A stretch of 63,663 nt of DNA from Pseudomonadota bacterium (GCA_043825735.1 JBDRRP010000057.1:124001-187663); one strand, 5' to 3'. Shown: positions 37,418-48,030, counted from the first letter of the stretch. The notes: generated from the letters alone by a model not told the origin. Numbers and translations are program-made.

Positions 37418-37967
37418 GATAAGCCTCCTTTTCCCTGGGCGCGAATTTTTCCTAATGGCTCCGGTGCGCAATGACCGTTTTGACCATTGTGCAATCAATT
37501 CGTTCTCGAATTTACGAATCGATGGACTAAGGCATAGGCAATTCAAGTGCCAGCCGTCGCAGGAGATGACTTTTCGCCGGATGGATGAATAACAGACTAA
37601 TAATAAAAGATAATTGATTGAAGTTGGGGTGGGGTCGGTCGCTTCAGCGCCAATGCTGCCGGTGCCGGAGTGCAAATGTCTTTGACACTGCCTGTCGGTT
37701 TTTTTTCCCTTTTACCCGTCGCCATCAAGCGGGGGGGCGCTGGTTTCGGGGAAAATACAGATTGGCCTCCGGCTTGTCAACGCAGCGCGGTTGGTTTGTC
37801 GCACGCGGTGCGAATTGTTTTTATTTCAGCGCAATAAAATAAATGCATGCGAAGGGCCGCCACCCAAAAGCCGGAAACAATAAGGCGCTTTGCGGAAAAC
37901 GACGTAACTATAAGAAATTGAACCAATATGAGTGTTCTTAGCCGATGCGGATGAGGGGCCACGTGGG

Positions 37968-37983
37968 TGGCATGCGTTTTGCT
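37968..37983 (+). promoter_or_regulatory. Sigma54 (-24/-12) promoter
   Basis: TGGCATGCGTTTTGCT: GG-N10-GC, close to the TGGCAC-N5-TTGC consensus; AT-rich DNA upstream. Confidence 0.7.
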
Positions 37984-37994
37984 CTATCTAACTG

Positions 37995-38070
37995 TGCCCT
38001 TTCAACGCGTAGTACCATCGTTATACCTCCTGTGATGTCCCCCCTGCCCCGGGGGGGCATCCCCTCCTTT
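37995..38070 (+). ncRNA. Putative sigma54-dependent small RNA
   Basis: No credible plus-strand gene follows the promoter. Contains CCATCGTTATACCTCCT, then an 11-bp hairpin (38034-38061) and CCCTCCTTT. Confidence 0.5.
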
Positions 38071-38079
38071 GCGGATAAA

Positions 38080-38565
38080 TCAGCCGGTGACGTCATTTGG
38101 CCCTGAATCTTCATTTTCGATCGAGGACAGCGTCGCGGTTGAAACGACGGCCATGGTCAGCAGTGCCTTGGACACCAGCGTGGTCTTCTCATCGGCAATA
38201 CTGAAGACCTCGGCTTCCACCACGCTCAAGGTGCGGCCGGGTTTGATGACCACCGCCCGGCACTCCAGGGCGGCACCCTGGGCGGCCCGGAGGAAGTTGA
38301 TCTTGTATTCCGCCGTGAGGATGATTTCGCCTTCCCCGATAAGGGAGGCTGCAGCCGCGCCGGCGGTGTGGTCGGCCATGGTGGCGATGACCCCGGCATG
38401 GACGAAGCCGTCTTGTTGCCGGTGGCGAGCCGCCAGAGTGAGTCGGCTCCGGCAGCGTCCCGGTGCGTAATCGGCCAGTTCGAGGCCCAGATCAGAAATG
38501 AAGGGCGTACTGGAAAACAGCCGGTTGACTTCTTTATGGTAATCAGGAGTCCTGGGTTGCATCAT
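38080..38565 (-). CDS. PaaI family thioesterase
   Basis: QQDGFVHAGVIATMADH and EYKINFLRAA hotdog-fold motifs. Confidence 0.9.
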   Translation of the reverse strand: MMQPRTPDYHKEVNRLFSSTPFISDLGLELADYAPGRCRSRLTLAARHRQQDGFVHAGVIATMADHTAGAAAASLIGEGEIILTAEYKINFLRAAQGAALECRAVVIKPGRTLSVVEAEVFSIADEKTTLVSKALLTMAVVSTATLSSIENEDSGPNDVTG

Positions 38566-38574
38566 CGTTTCCGG

Positions 38575-40518
38575 TCATGCCTCTTTTTGGATGAATACGC
38601 GCGTCGCGTTGAAAGTGGCGCCGCCGCCGATACGCTGGGGCACGGCGCTCGTCAGCGCATTCTGGGCGGCGCCGTCGCCGTTCTCGAACTGGCGCGGCGT
38701 CCAAACGACCCCTTTCTGGACCATATCGGATACGACGGCCGTGGCCGCTACGCAGCCGTCGGTGTTGGAAAGCCTGACCCGATCACCACCTTCGATGTCT
38801 AAAACGGCGGCGTCCTCAGGGTGGATCGTCACCACGGCCGGAATGGAGCCGTAGATTTCCTGAAACTGGGTGTGGGTGTAGGCGGGCAGTGCGCTGCTGA
38901 GCATCACCCAGCCCGCGCCGCCGTTGTCGACGACCTCCGGCAGCGGGCTACCGCCAAGGGCCGCGGCGTGCGAGGAAACAAACTCGATTTTTCCGGACGC
39001 CGTGGGGTAGCGATCTAACGGTTTTCTTGTGAGATAGAGTGGCTTTCCCGCTAGCAGATCTTGGATGCCGCCGTCTCGAATATTTCCCGCCACGGCATCC
39101 TCAACGGCCTTCCAGGGGTCGGCGTAAAGCCAGGAGGCACTGAGGCCGAGGCGCCTTGCCAGGGTCCGCATCAGGGTGACCTCGTCCCAGCCGTCGGTGG
39201 CCGGTGGTGCGATCCGGCGGCTGACGCGGATGCGGCTGTGGCTCCAGGGGATCACCAGATCGTCTTTTTCAAGATAGGTGAGGGCCGGCAGGACCACGTC
39301 GGCGAAATCGGTGGTGCGGGTCCAGTGCGTGTCGTGAACAGTGACAAAGACATCGGAGCGCGCGAGACCTTTCCGGAAGAGCGCCTGCCCGGGAAGGGTC
39401 AAGGCCGGGTTCATGCAGGTGACGAAGATAACGCCGAAATCGCCTCGGGCCACCCGGGGCGACAGCCCCACCTGACTGACCACAGGTGCAGGGACCGCGG
39501 TGAGGGATTTGCCGGAGAGCCGGGCCGTATCCACGCCGTGCGCATCACCGCTGCTGTAGAAAAACCCCCGGTGCTGTCCCAGCACGGCCGGAATCAGTGA
39601 AACGGCCCGTGCCTGGTCTGCACCGGCAGTATTTTTTTGAAGACCGATGCCGATCAGGGTGGCTGACGGGCGGTGGCGAGCATAGGCTTCGGCAAGCTGT
39701 TGAAGGACCGGGGCGCCCACACCGGTGTGCGCCTCAACGGCGGCCGGCGTCCAGGGGGCGGCCGCCGCAGCCAGGGCCTCGAACCCGGTGGTCCATTCAC
39801 CGATGAACGCTTTCTGGTGGGCGCCCATGCCGATAATGGCCTTGATCAGCCCGTAGGCCAGTGCCACATCGGTTCCCGGACGTGGCCGAAGCCAGATATC
39901 GGCGGCGGCAGCCGTTGGGGTGCGAACCGGATCCACGGCGGCGATGACGGCCCCGCGCTGTTTTCTGGCCAAAAGCGCCATGCGCCACAGGTGGGGGGCG
40001 CTGACCGCGGTGTTGAATCCCCAGAATACCTGGAGCGGATGCGCGGGCAGATCGATGGGGTCGATGCCGTGGCACTCACCGTAATGCAGGCGTATGCCGG
40101 CCTTGCCCGAAGCGCTGCAGATGGTGCCGTCGGTCATGGCGGCCCCCAGCGCATACCACAGGCGGCGGGGAAAACTCGTTGTCAGCAGCCCCATGTTGCC
40201 GGCATAGTCCAGGCACAGGATGCGCTCCGGGTGTCCGGCGGTCAGTTCCGCTTGAAGCCGCTCGCAGATAATATCCAGGGCGGCATCCCAGCTTGCCGGT
40301 GCCAGTCGCCCGTTTGTGCGGATATGGGGCGCCTGGATTCTGTTTTTTTTGAGGCGCTCCAGATCCGCCGCGCCCCGGGGGCAGACCGTTCCCCGCGTTA
40401 TGGGGTCGGCCGGATCGCCCGTGATGCGCACGGGCCGGCCGGCCGCGTCGGTGGCTACCAGCAGGGCGCAGGTATCGTAGCAGTCTCTGGCGCAGACGGT
40501 GGGGATGGTCTTTCCCAT
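38575..40518 (-). CDS. Molybdopterin-dependent oxidoreductase
   Basis: CARDCYDTC..C Fe-S motif, TICS, PRPGTDVALA, ADVVLPA and C-terminal molybdopterin-dinucleotide domain. Confidence 0.9.
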   Translation of the reverse strand: MGKTIPTVCARDCYDTCALLVATDAAGRPVRITGDPADPITRGTVCPRGAADLERLKKNRIQAPHIRTNGRLAPASWDAALDIICERLQAELTAGHPERILCLDYAGNMGLLTTSFPRRLWYALGAAMTDGTICSASGKAGIRLHYGECHGIDPIDLPAHPLQVFWGFNTAVSAPHLWRMALLARKQRGAVIAAVDPVRTPTAAAADIWLRPRPGTDVALAYGLIKAIIGMGAHQKAFIGEWTTGFEALAAAAAPWTPAAVEAHTGVGAPVLQQLAEAYARHRPSATLIGIGLQKNTAGADQARAVSLIPAVLGQHRGFFYSSGDAHGVDTARLSGKSLTAVPAPVVSQVGLSPRVARGDFGVIFVTCMNPALTLPGQALFRKGLARSDVFVTVHDTHWTRTTDFADVVLPALTYLEKDDLVIPWSHSRIRVSRRIAPPATDGWDEVTLMRTLARRLGLSASWLYADPWKAVEDAVAGNIRDGGIQDLLAGKPLYLTRKPLDRYPTASGKIEFVSSHAAALGGSPLPEVVDNGGAGWVMLSSALPAYTHTQFQEIYGSIPAVVTIHPEDAAVLDIEGGDRVRLSNTDGCVAATAVVSDMVQKGVVWTPRQFENGDGAAQNALTSAVPQRIGGGATFNATRVFIQKEA

Positions 40519-40850
40519 GGTATGCTCGCAGTGGCTTTCTTCCGAAGATGATTTCCCAGCCATCCCATAGACGGCGGCTCGGGGCAGTGAAGCGCCCGCC
40601 GCAGCGCCACTTTAAGCAATCCCGGCGCCTGCCGTCAACCGCCCACCGGAAAACCGGTTTTCAGATATCCGCTTCATGGCTTGTCAGGATGCAGACCTCC
40701 CTGAAGGGGCAAGCCGGCGAAAGGGGGACCGCATCGTGTCGCGCGTTGTGGGTGGGCGCTCTTTTCGCCTTGCGGTAAAGACTCCAATCCTATAGCCAAA
40801 CGTTTTCAAAACCGATAAGGTCATGGGCCAAGGCGCGGGCCCAAAAAATT

Positions 40851-40983
40851 GATGAAACCGTAAAAAGTGATTTTGAACCGCAGAGAGCGCAGAGGCGCGC
40901 AGAGAATATGTTTAATGACTAATAGCTTATCTCTGTGGTCTCTGCGTCCTCTGTGGTGATTTCAGACTTTTTACATGGCCATC
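40851..40983. mobile_element. MITE-like element (GATG-N3-CCGTAAAAAG family)
   Basis: GATGAAACCGTAAAAAGT ... ACTTTTTACATGGCCATC; 133 bp; reverse-oriented homolog of 61252-61384. Confidence 0.75.
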
Positions 40984-41030
40984 AAAATTGAATTGTGAGC
41001 GCGCCACCTTCTAAAACAACGATATCCTCT

Positions 41031-42269
41031 ATGGAAAATCAGGATAAAAAATATCAAATCCTTTTTACCGGAGAACTGCTGCCGGGGCAGGATTGTGACA
41101 TCGTAAAGCAAAATATTCGGGATCGATTTAAAAATGGAGACCGGCTTATCCGCCTAATCTCTGATGGCCGCGCGTCGGTTCTGAAAAAAAATGCTGATTA
41201 CAAGACGGCGTGCCAGTTGAAATCCATTGGTGAAACATGCGGCATTGTACTGGTTATTCAACCAATGGGGCAGCGCGGCGCCGGCCAGCCTGAAAAGTCA
41301 GATGCCCCGTCGCAGGAAAAGGCACTCGCGCCCGGTGAGATGATAACATGCCCCTGGTGCGGGTTCTGGCAGCTCTCTTCACAAAATTGCGCTCAGTGCG
41401 GAAAACAGTTGTCCGGGGCACCATCCAGAAAGAAGGCATCCGTTGATCATAAGACGATCCCCCCCGTTTCAAATCAAACACCGAAAAAATCTTTTGCGGC
41501 AAAATTTGAAAATCTTCGAATCGCTATCCTGCTGTGTATATTACTGCTGGTCGGTCTCGCAACCTGGATGAATCAAAAGAGCATTGCCAGCTGGAAACGG
41601 TCACTGCATGTCGTCATTTACCCGATCAATGGCGATGGCAGCCATGAAATTTCGAATTTTATCGCAAGCCTTGTCGAAGATGATTTTAACGTGGTCGAGG
41701 AATTTTTCTCGGAAGAGGCTGAATCTTACGGCGTCCCGCTATCGGTACCCCTGGTGGTTTCACTGGCTTCGGAAGTAAAAGACCAGCCGCCGCCGCCACC
41801 GATAGCGCGCAGCCGTTTCAGCATCATGTGGTGGAGTCTAAGGCTTCGCTACTGGGTTTTTGCCTCGGATCACTATAAGGGGCCGACGCCTGACATCAGA
41901 GCATATATCGTCTATCATGATGCAATTAAAAACAGGGTCCTTGAGGATTCGCTGGGGATAGAGAAGAGCCGAACCGGAATTGTTCATGCATTCGCAGATC
42001 TTAAAATGGCGGATCAAAACAAAGTCGTTTTAGCCCATGAGCTATTGCATACACTTGGCGCTACCGACAAATATGACATGCGCACTTTGAAACCCGACTT
42101 TCCCGATGGTTTCGCAGACCCGGATCGGACACCGCTGTATCCGCAAACTCATGCCGAAATCATGGCAAGCAGAATCCCCGAGTCCGACAACCGCTGGGAA
42201 ATGCCGCGGAGTTTGGATTTCGTGGTCATCGGCAGAAAAACCGCACAGGAAATAAAATGGTTGAAATAG
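41031..42269 (+). CDS. Membrane-anchored putative zinc metallopeptidase with N-terminal zinc ribbon
   Basis: CPWC..CAQC, one TM, HELLHTLGATDKY (HExxH); visibly lower GC than its neighbours. Confidence 0.65.
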   Translation: MENQDKKYQILFTGELLPGQDCDIVKQNIRDRFKNGDRLIRLISDGRASVLKKNADYKTACQLKSIGETCGIVLVIQPMGQRGAGQPEKSDAPSQEKALAPGEMITCPWCGFWQLSSQNCAQCGKQLSGAPSRKKASVDHKTIPPVSNQTPKKSFAAKFENLRIAILLCILLLVGLATWMNQKSIASWKRSLHVVIYPINGDGSHEISNFIASLVEDDFNVVEEFFSEEAESYGVPLSVPLVVSLASEVKDQPPPPPIARSRFSIMWWSLRLRYWVFASDHYKGPTPDIRAYIVYHDAIKNRVLEDSLGIEKSRTGIVHAFADLKMADQNKVVLAHELLHTLGATDKYDMRTLKPDFPDGFADPDRTPLYPQTHAEIMASRIPESDNRWEMPRSLDFVVIGRKTAQEIKWLK

Positions 42270-42288
42270 GGGCTGCCGATTGTTGACA

Positions 42289-42322
42289 AAAAGGGCGGAG
42301 CGCCTGGCGCTCCGCCCTTTTT
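42289..42322. terminator. Bidirectional intrinsic terminator
   Basis: AAAAGGGCGGAGCGCC-T-GGCGCTCCGCCCTTTT between convergent genes. Confidence 0.85.
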
Positions 42323-42346
42323 CGAAATCGATCTCGCCAGAGGCGA

Positions 42347-42670
42347 TCAGCGCTGCGCTGAGCGGGGTGCCTTTCCGGCCAACGGGTTGTAGATTTTCAT
42401 GATGGCAAACTTCATGACGTCCACGGTCTTCATCTCGCAGACAAAGCCAAAAAGCTTTGCCTCGGCATCGGCCGGCAGGATGCAGGCGTTGGCGGCGTCA
42501 AAGGTCAGGCCCGCAAACCCTTTGACCAGCTTTTTTTGTTCCTTGGCGGTAACGGGCACGGAAATCGCCTTTTTGCCGCCAACGGTAACGGCGGAGGCGC
42601 CCAACCCGGCTGCTGCCAGCTTGGCTTCCTTGTCGGCATCCAGAAAGATGGTGACGGTAAAATCGGACAT
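42347..42670 (-). CDS. Hypothetical protein, 107 aa
   Basis: RBS AAGGAG, natural protein composition, terminator downstream. Confidence 0.75.
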   Translation of the reverse strand: MSDFTVTIFLDADKEAKLAAAGLGASAVTVGGKKAISVPVTAKEQKKLVKGFAGLTFDAANACILPADAEAKLFGFVCEMKTVDVMKFAIMKIYNPLAGKAPRSAQR

Positions 42671-42767
42671 CGTTTGGCTCCTTCCTATTGAAACAGTCGG
42701 TTTTAAATGAATGAAGCGGCTTCAGGTTGATATAAATTCCGCTTTTAAGCCAGATTCGCGCCGACTG

Positions 42768-43655
42768 TCAAGTCTTGACGCAGGTCTCCCGCACCAGCGC
42801 CATGAAGGCCTCCAGCATCGGCGGCCGCCATTTGTCCTTGTGCCAGATCATCAGTAGTCCGGTTTCCAGTGCGTCCACCCACCGCACCGCGGCCATGCGA
42901 CCCTGGTCAAGTTCCCTCTCTATGGCGATACGCGGGATCACCGTTACACCCAGGCCCGCCATAATGGCCTGTTTGATGGCCTCGATGCTGTTCATCTCGA
43001 TCACGGTGGCCGGCGTCACTTTTTCAGCGGCCAACGCCTGCTCGAATACCATCCGGTAGCCGCAGTCGCTTTTGGGTAAAAGCAACACCTGACCGTCAAG
43101 ATCCGTGAAATCGGCACGGTTGAAGGCGGCTAATGGATGGCGCGGGTGAGCGGCAACGACCAGGGGCTCGATACGCAGCAGTTCTGATTCAAGGTTTTTG
43201 GCGCCGATGCTGTCGGCAAACAAAAAGGCCAGGTCCACCATGCCGATCAGAAGTTCGTGCTCCAGCGAATGGAGGGCGCAACTGGTGATATCCAGCCGTA
43301 TCCCGGGAAACCGCGGCTGGTACGCGCAGAGAATGGGCGGCAAATAATGGGTGGCCATGGTCTGAGGCATCCGCACCGTCAACAGGCCGGATGTTTTGTC
43401 GCTGCCGGTCAGATCGGCCAGGGCCTCCTCCCGGATGGCCAGCAGTTTGTCGGCGTAGGTGAGCATCTTTGCCCCCGCCTCGGTGAGTTGAACCGATTTG
43501 CCGATTCTTTTGAAGAGCAAAATTCCCAGTTCGGTCTCAAGGGTCTTGATCTGGGCGGAGATGGTCGACTGGGAGTAGTTCAGGACCCTGGCCGCATGAT
43601 TGAAGTTCATCAACGTCGCCACCGTACGGAAGGTTTTGAGGCGCTGCAGGTCCAT
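42768..43655 (-). CDS. LysR family transcriptional regulator
   Basis: NFNHAARVLNYSQSTISAQIKTLE HTH and substrate-binding domain. Confidence 0.95.
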   Translation of the reverse strand: MDLQRLKTFRTVATLMNFNHAARVLNYSQSTISAQIKTLETELGILLFKRIGKSVQLTEAGAKMLTYADKLLAIREEALADLTGSDKTSGLLTVRMPQTMATHYLPPILCAYQPRFPGIRLDITSCALHSLEHELLIGMVDLAFLFADSIGAKNLESELLRIEPLVVAAHPRHPLAAFNRADFTDLDGQVLLLPKSDCGYRMVFEQALAAEKVTPATVIEMNSIEAIKQAIMAGLGVTVIPRIAIERELDQGRMAAVRWVDALETGLLMIWHKDKWRPPMLEAFMALVRETCVKT

Positions 43656-43822
43656 GGGCGAGTCTCCATCTTTAATCGAAAATAGTGATAAGTATATCTA
43701 AACTAATCGTTGGACTATCAATTAAGCATTTTGTAGCGTCATCGATATTGAGAGCTTCGAGTGAAGCGGCCATTAATCAGGATATGTGATCAATAACACG
43801 CTTTATTTAAAGGAGGAAGATC

Positions 43823-44293
43823 ATGACTGCAAAAGAAACTTCGAGGACGGATCAAATGGAAACGATCGCTATCTCAACGATCCTCGCTGCAGGGCCGAAC
43901 CGGCAGATGATCGCCAGCGCACGGGATCATGACATCGTCATGGACGTGAGAAAGGAATGGGGCGGCGACAACGCCGGGCCCACCCCGCCGGAGCTGATGG
44001 CCATAGCGCTGGGCGGGTGCGTTTTCAACATCTGCCGCATCATGGTCCAGCAGCGGCAGATTGTGCTCGATGATCTGCGGGTATCGGTTTCCGGCGAGAT
44101 CGATCCGACCCGGGCCTTCGGCTTGGAAACCAACGCCAGGGCCGGGTTTTCTGAGATGCGCGTCGAAGTGACACTGGCCCCGGCCCTGTCCGCCGAAGCG
44201 AAAGCCGACTTTCACGGCGAACTGATGGCGCGCTGCCCCCTGTGCGACACCATCGAAAATTCGACGCCGTTACAGATTACAATGGCTGAATGA
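43823..44293 (+). CDS. OsmC family protein
   Basis: GGDNAGPTPPEL..ALGGC and RCPLCDT motifs; divergent from the LysR gene; RBS AAGGAGG. Confidence 0.9.
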   Translation: MTAKETSRTDQMETIAISTILAAGPNRQMIASARDHDIVMDVRKEWGGDNAGPTPPELMAIALGGCVFNICRIMVQQRQIVLDDLRVSVSGEIDPTRAFGLETNARAGFSEMRVEVTLAPALSAEAKADFHGELMARCPLCDTIENSTPLQITMAE

Positions 44294-44339
44294 CCCTTTC
44301 GGGAACTTGCGGTGGTGCATCCGGCAATGCCGCCGGCTT

Positions 44340-46325
44340 TTATTCTTTTTTCGCATCGCCTGCCTTTGCTGCAGGCTTTCGGTCTCGGGGTTTGAGCGGA
44401 ATCGGCGAGATGGTTTTCCCGGATTGAGCATTCACTAACGGTCCCGGGTGGAGGATGCCATGCTCATCCTCGAAGATCTCGAAAATCCGCGTGACGTGCG
44501 GGGCGCAAAAACGCGCGTCGTCATGGAAAAGTTCCACCGTGTCACGGATCAAGGACGACTTGTTGCTCATGGTCTGCTTTTTCACGCCGAACCAGGATGC
44601 CAGTTCGCCGACCGTGAGATGGTTCGGTGTCTCCGGATCTAACAGGAAATTGAGTTGAGCGATGGCGTGTACGATGGCCGCCGACCAGATTTCGGGACGC
44701 CCCCGGTGAAGATTCAGGCCTTCGGTACCGGCGATGGTGTCGCAAAGGCGCAGGCAATATGCGGTGTAGATCTCGTGAAGCCGTTTGCCGCCGAAAACGG
44801 AAATCTGGTTTTTTACCCGTTCGATTTGAACGGCCAGATTTTCCGGGTCAACCGTGCCCTTTACGCCGGCCGGTGATACGTCCAGCTTCAACCGTCGGCG
44901 GACGTCGGCGATCATTTCCATTTCAAAGGATGCGCGCACCGGATCGGCGATGGCCAGTTTCTCTGCGTCCAGCAGCAGCGCCGCCACAGACTCACGGCCG
45001 TCTGCCGTTTTCACCGCCTGCCGGGGAGTCTTGTAGTCCAGGGCCGGGAGTTTTTCATCGACCCATCCATTCCAGTGCATCCGGAGCATCTGGGCCAGGT
45101 GTTCCAGAACCTGCGGATTTGCCATGAGGTCGTCTTCGTCGCCGCGTTGACCACCCCTGCTTTCCTCCGCCTGGCTGATGACAGACGTCATGTCGCTGAT
45201 TTCATCGAAACGAAAACGTGCCGCAGGGCCGAGACAACGGTCGATTTCATCTCGTATGGTTCGTGCGCGCTGAGCGGAATTTACGGAAACGGTGAGGCGT
45301 GTGCCCGCGATCTCGATGTTGCCCAAAACCGTATTGGGCATCCCCTGATTCGTGCGGTTGCCTTTTCGGCTCCAGCAAAACGCGGCCCGCGCAATGTCCC
45401 CGGTTTTATTTTTTTCGGCGTTTTCGAAAATCTCATTGATGGATTCTGTGGCGCAAAGGGGGGCCAACTTACTGACGGCCATTTCCGTTGAATCGATGTC
45501 GTAGACCAGTTTGTGAAATTCCATGGGATCGCCGTCCGTGTTGACCATGGTCGGCATGGCGTGCAGCGTACGGTCCATTTCCAGGAACACCTGGCGGATT
45601 TCAAGGTCCCCATCATAGAGGTCTTCATGGGTGAGCCGGTTTTTGTTTTTGATCATTTCGCGCCGCAGCCGGATAAGTTCCGGTTTCATGCGCGGGGGCA
45701 GCACAAAGGCGCTCAATCCCAGAAACATGCCCACGCCGTCCACCGCGATGGCCCGGCCGAAGATGATGTCCCCCGTTTTCATGCTCTCCGATCCGCGCCG
45801 CTCCTGTACCAGCATTTCGGCACCGGTGAGCACATCGCGAATGGTCACGGTGTGCCCGACGTCCACTGCCAGGATCTCGTGAAAGCTGTAAGGGACCCTG
45901 TTTGCGGCGAGGATGAATTTTCCCTCCAGCGATGCCGGATCGGTCTTTTTGTGCTGCATGAACAGTTCGGCGATGGTCTTGTCTTCAGGGCCGCTCACCA
46001 GGCCTTCCTCATCCTCGATGGGCACGTATTCCCAGTTGAACAGGAACCACGGCCAGAACGGCGCTTCGGCGCGCTCGATGGCCGCCGCGTCGGGTGCCGC
46101 ATCCGGCTCGGGCCATGCCAGGAACTCGGCCATCGCCAACTCGACGACCCTTTTGCCGAAAACCGACACCCCGTGTTCAATGAGTTTCGGAAAAAGTTTG
46201 TCGTACACCTCAGACAGGCGCCGGTATTGGAGGTCTTCAGGCGGCGTCACTTTTTTCCTGAGACAGCATTTCTTGTACTTTTTCCCGCTGCCGCAGGGGC
46301 AGGGATCGTTTCGTCCGATTTTCAT
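44340..46325 (-). CDS. SEC-C motif multidomain protein
   Basis: [21 protein letters not shown]; internal [18 protein letters not shown]-terminal [15 protein letters not shown] domain. Confidence 0.85.
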   Translation of the reverse strand: MKIGRNDPCPCGSGKKYKKCCLRKKVTPPEDLQYRRLSEVYDKLFPKLIEHGVSVFGKRVVELAMAEFLAWPEPDAAPDAAAIERAEAPFWPWFLFNWEYVPIEDEEGLVSGPEDKTIAELFMQHKKTDPASLEGKFILAANRVPYSFHEILAVDVGHTVTIRDVLTGAEMLVQERRGSESMKTGDIIFGRAIAVDGVGMFLGLSAFVLPPRMKPELIRLRREMIKNKNRLTHEDLYDGDLEIRQVFLEMDRTLHAMPTMVNTDGDPMEFHKLVYDIDSTEMAVSKLAPLCATESINEIFENAEKNKTGDIARAAFCWSRKGNRTNQGMPNTVLGNIEIAGTRLTVSVNSAQRARTIRDEIDRCLGPAARFRFDEISDMTSVISQAEESRGGQRGDEDDLMANPQVLEHLAQMLRMHWNGWVDEKLPALDYKTPRQAVKTADGRESVAALLLDAEKLAIADPVRASFEMEMIADVRRRLKLDVSPAGVKGTVDPENLAVQIERVKNQISVFGGKRLHEIYTAYCLRLCDTIAGTEGLNLHRGRPEIWSAAIVHAIAQLNFLLDPETPNHLTVGELASWFGVKKQTMSNKSSLIRDTVELFHDDARFCAPHVTRIFEIFEDEHGILHPGPLVNAQSGKTISPIPLKPRDRKPAAKAGDAKKE

Positions 46326-46374
46326 GATGCCCTCGTTAGTGTATTCAAAGACACGCGGGGTAACAACGGTAGGC

Positions 46375-46770
46375 TCAGTACGCATTCATAGAGTGTTTCT
46401 CCCCGCGGCGAATATGCCAGATGCCATTGGGCCCGCGGCCGGACCAATGCGGGACCAGCATCATACCGATGTACAGCCGGACATCCCGGGCTCGGTTCAC
46501 CAGCGCCCGCCGAATGGCGCTTTCCACGGGCATGGTGCCGTCGACCAGGGAAATGTCGGCCATGAGGTCAAGATCTCCACAGTCCGGTGCACCTCTGACC
46601 CAGGACCCGAACGCCCACAGGGCCGCCACCCGCACCACCGAACGGTGCTGTTTGTATAGTATGGGATTGAAATAAGTGATCTCGAAACAATCGTGCGAGT
46701 CGATCCGCCCGGCGATTCTTTTCAGAGCGCGTGTAAATGACTGCCTTGGACGGCGGCGTTCTTCTTGCAA
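46375..46770 (-). pseudogene. Pol-beta-like nucleotidyltransferase fragment
   Basis: LWAFGSWVRGAPDCGDLDL (GS..DxD). The 5' end abuts a MITE end at 46775. Confidence 0.55.
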
Positions 46771-46809
46771 ACTTGATGGCTCCGTAAAGTCTTCAGAACC
46801 TGCTTTGTC

Positions 46810-46955
46810 ATTCCGAGGAGCTTGCGACGAGGAATCTCAGCCCTTAATTATCGACAACGCTCTTTATCTGTCATCCCAGCGGCTTGTCGTGCGTATTGTC
46901 CGGCGTAGCCTTGAAGCTCAGCGGGCGAAGGCTGAAGGCCGGGATCCAGTGTTTT
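46810..46955. repeat. REP-like GTCAT hairpin cluster
   Basis: GTCATTCCGAGGAG..CGAGGAATCTC and GTCATCCCAGC...GGCCGGGATCCAG. Confidence 0.65.
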
Positions 46956-47475
46956 CGCCAGTATGCATTCCGGTGGTGGAAAGATCAACCATGAGAACAA
47001 CTCACGTTTCACTGCAGTGATAGGCCCCGGGGAGCAAGAGGGGTGCGGGGCGTAAGAGGGACACCGGCCATATAGCAGTATGAAAATCCCAGACGTGGTC
47101 TGGGAAATTGACCGGAGCCAGAAAAAGCAAGAAGCTGTCTGGCAAATTGGCCTCTTCGAATCCCTCATTTTGTGTCCAAGTTGATTTGATCACAGGATTT
47201 AAGCAGGTGGAATATCGGAAATCAGGCATTTTCAAAAAAACGCAGACAGCGTCTGCGCAATTCACCCTGAGTTGACCGCCAATATCATTGGATGTTGACG
47301 ATAAATTTACTGCTACGGGCGATGCAGGTAACGTTTTTAACGATAAAACACTCGATACAGTGTTTTCCGGTGTAGGCGGATTTTGGCATAAAGAAAGACG
47401 CGTCTGGTACGCCTACAGATCTCCAATGGGGTACTATGAAGAGCCCATCTTATATTATTTTTGGGCCACAGATGA

Positions 47476-47578
47476 AAGTCGCCCCGCAAGTCACCCCGCA
47501 AGTCGCCCCGCAAGTCACCCCGCAAGTCGCCCCGCAAGTCACCCCGCAAGTCGCCCCGTAAGTCACCCCGCAAGTCAC
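47476..47578 (+). repeat. 12-bp tandem repeat AAGTC(G/A)CCCCGC x8.5
   Basis: Units alternate strictly G/A; encodes (A/T)PQV in one frame. Confidence 0.92.
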
Positions 47579-47788
47579 ACAGGTGAAGTCGCCGGGCAAG
47601 TCACCGGGGCAGTCGCCGGGGATGTTACCGGGGATGTCGGATGCTCATTGAAAGCGTAAACGTCAGATTCCCACTTGGATTTCGCCGATATTGACCGTGG
47701 ACAGCGTTCTTTTGTATACCGGAGCCGCTGATGTTGCGTGGGCTTGAGGGCGGGAGATTTGATGGCCTCATAAAAAGCCCTAAAGCTC

Positions 47789-47926
47789 GTCACCCCGGCG
47801 ATCTGTCCGCCATTTTATCCGCCATAGCGCAGCGGCGGCGGAAGCGCAGCGACGGAGGAAGGCCGGGGGCCCGCAGTGCTTGAAATCACTGGATCCCGGA
47901 TCTCGTTTCACTCGTCCGGGATGACG
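47789..47926. repeat. REP/REPIN-like element
   Basis: GTCACCCCGGCG..GGCCGGGGGCCC..CTGGATCCCGG..CCGGGATGAC; similar to 52757-52856. Confidence 0.7.
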
Positions 47927-48030
47927 GGAAAAGAAAAAAACCGGCTTTTTACGGTTTCATCAGATTTTAACCCGTAACGGATTTACTTGGCGGGCGTGTC
48001 TACCGTTGGATCGCGAAGGGAGAAGAACCG

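Noticed and set aside
40690..40740. GGCAAGCC..GAAA..GGACCGCA resembling a c-di-GMP-I riboswitch
   Set aside because: The stem around GAAA does not pair (GGC/GGG) and no second stem is evident.
47476..47578. Possible CRISPR array
   Set aside because: Contiguous 12-bp units with no unique spacers, and no cas genes in the window.
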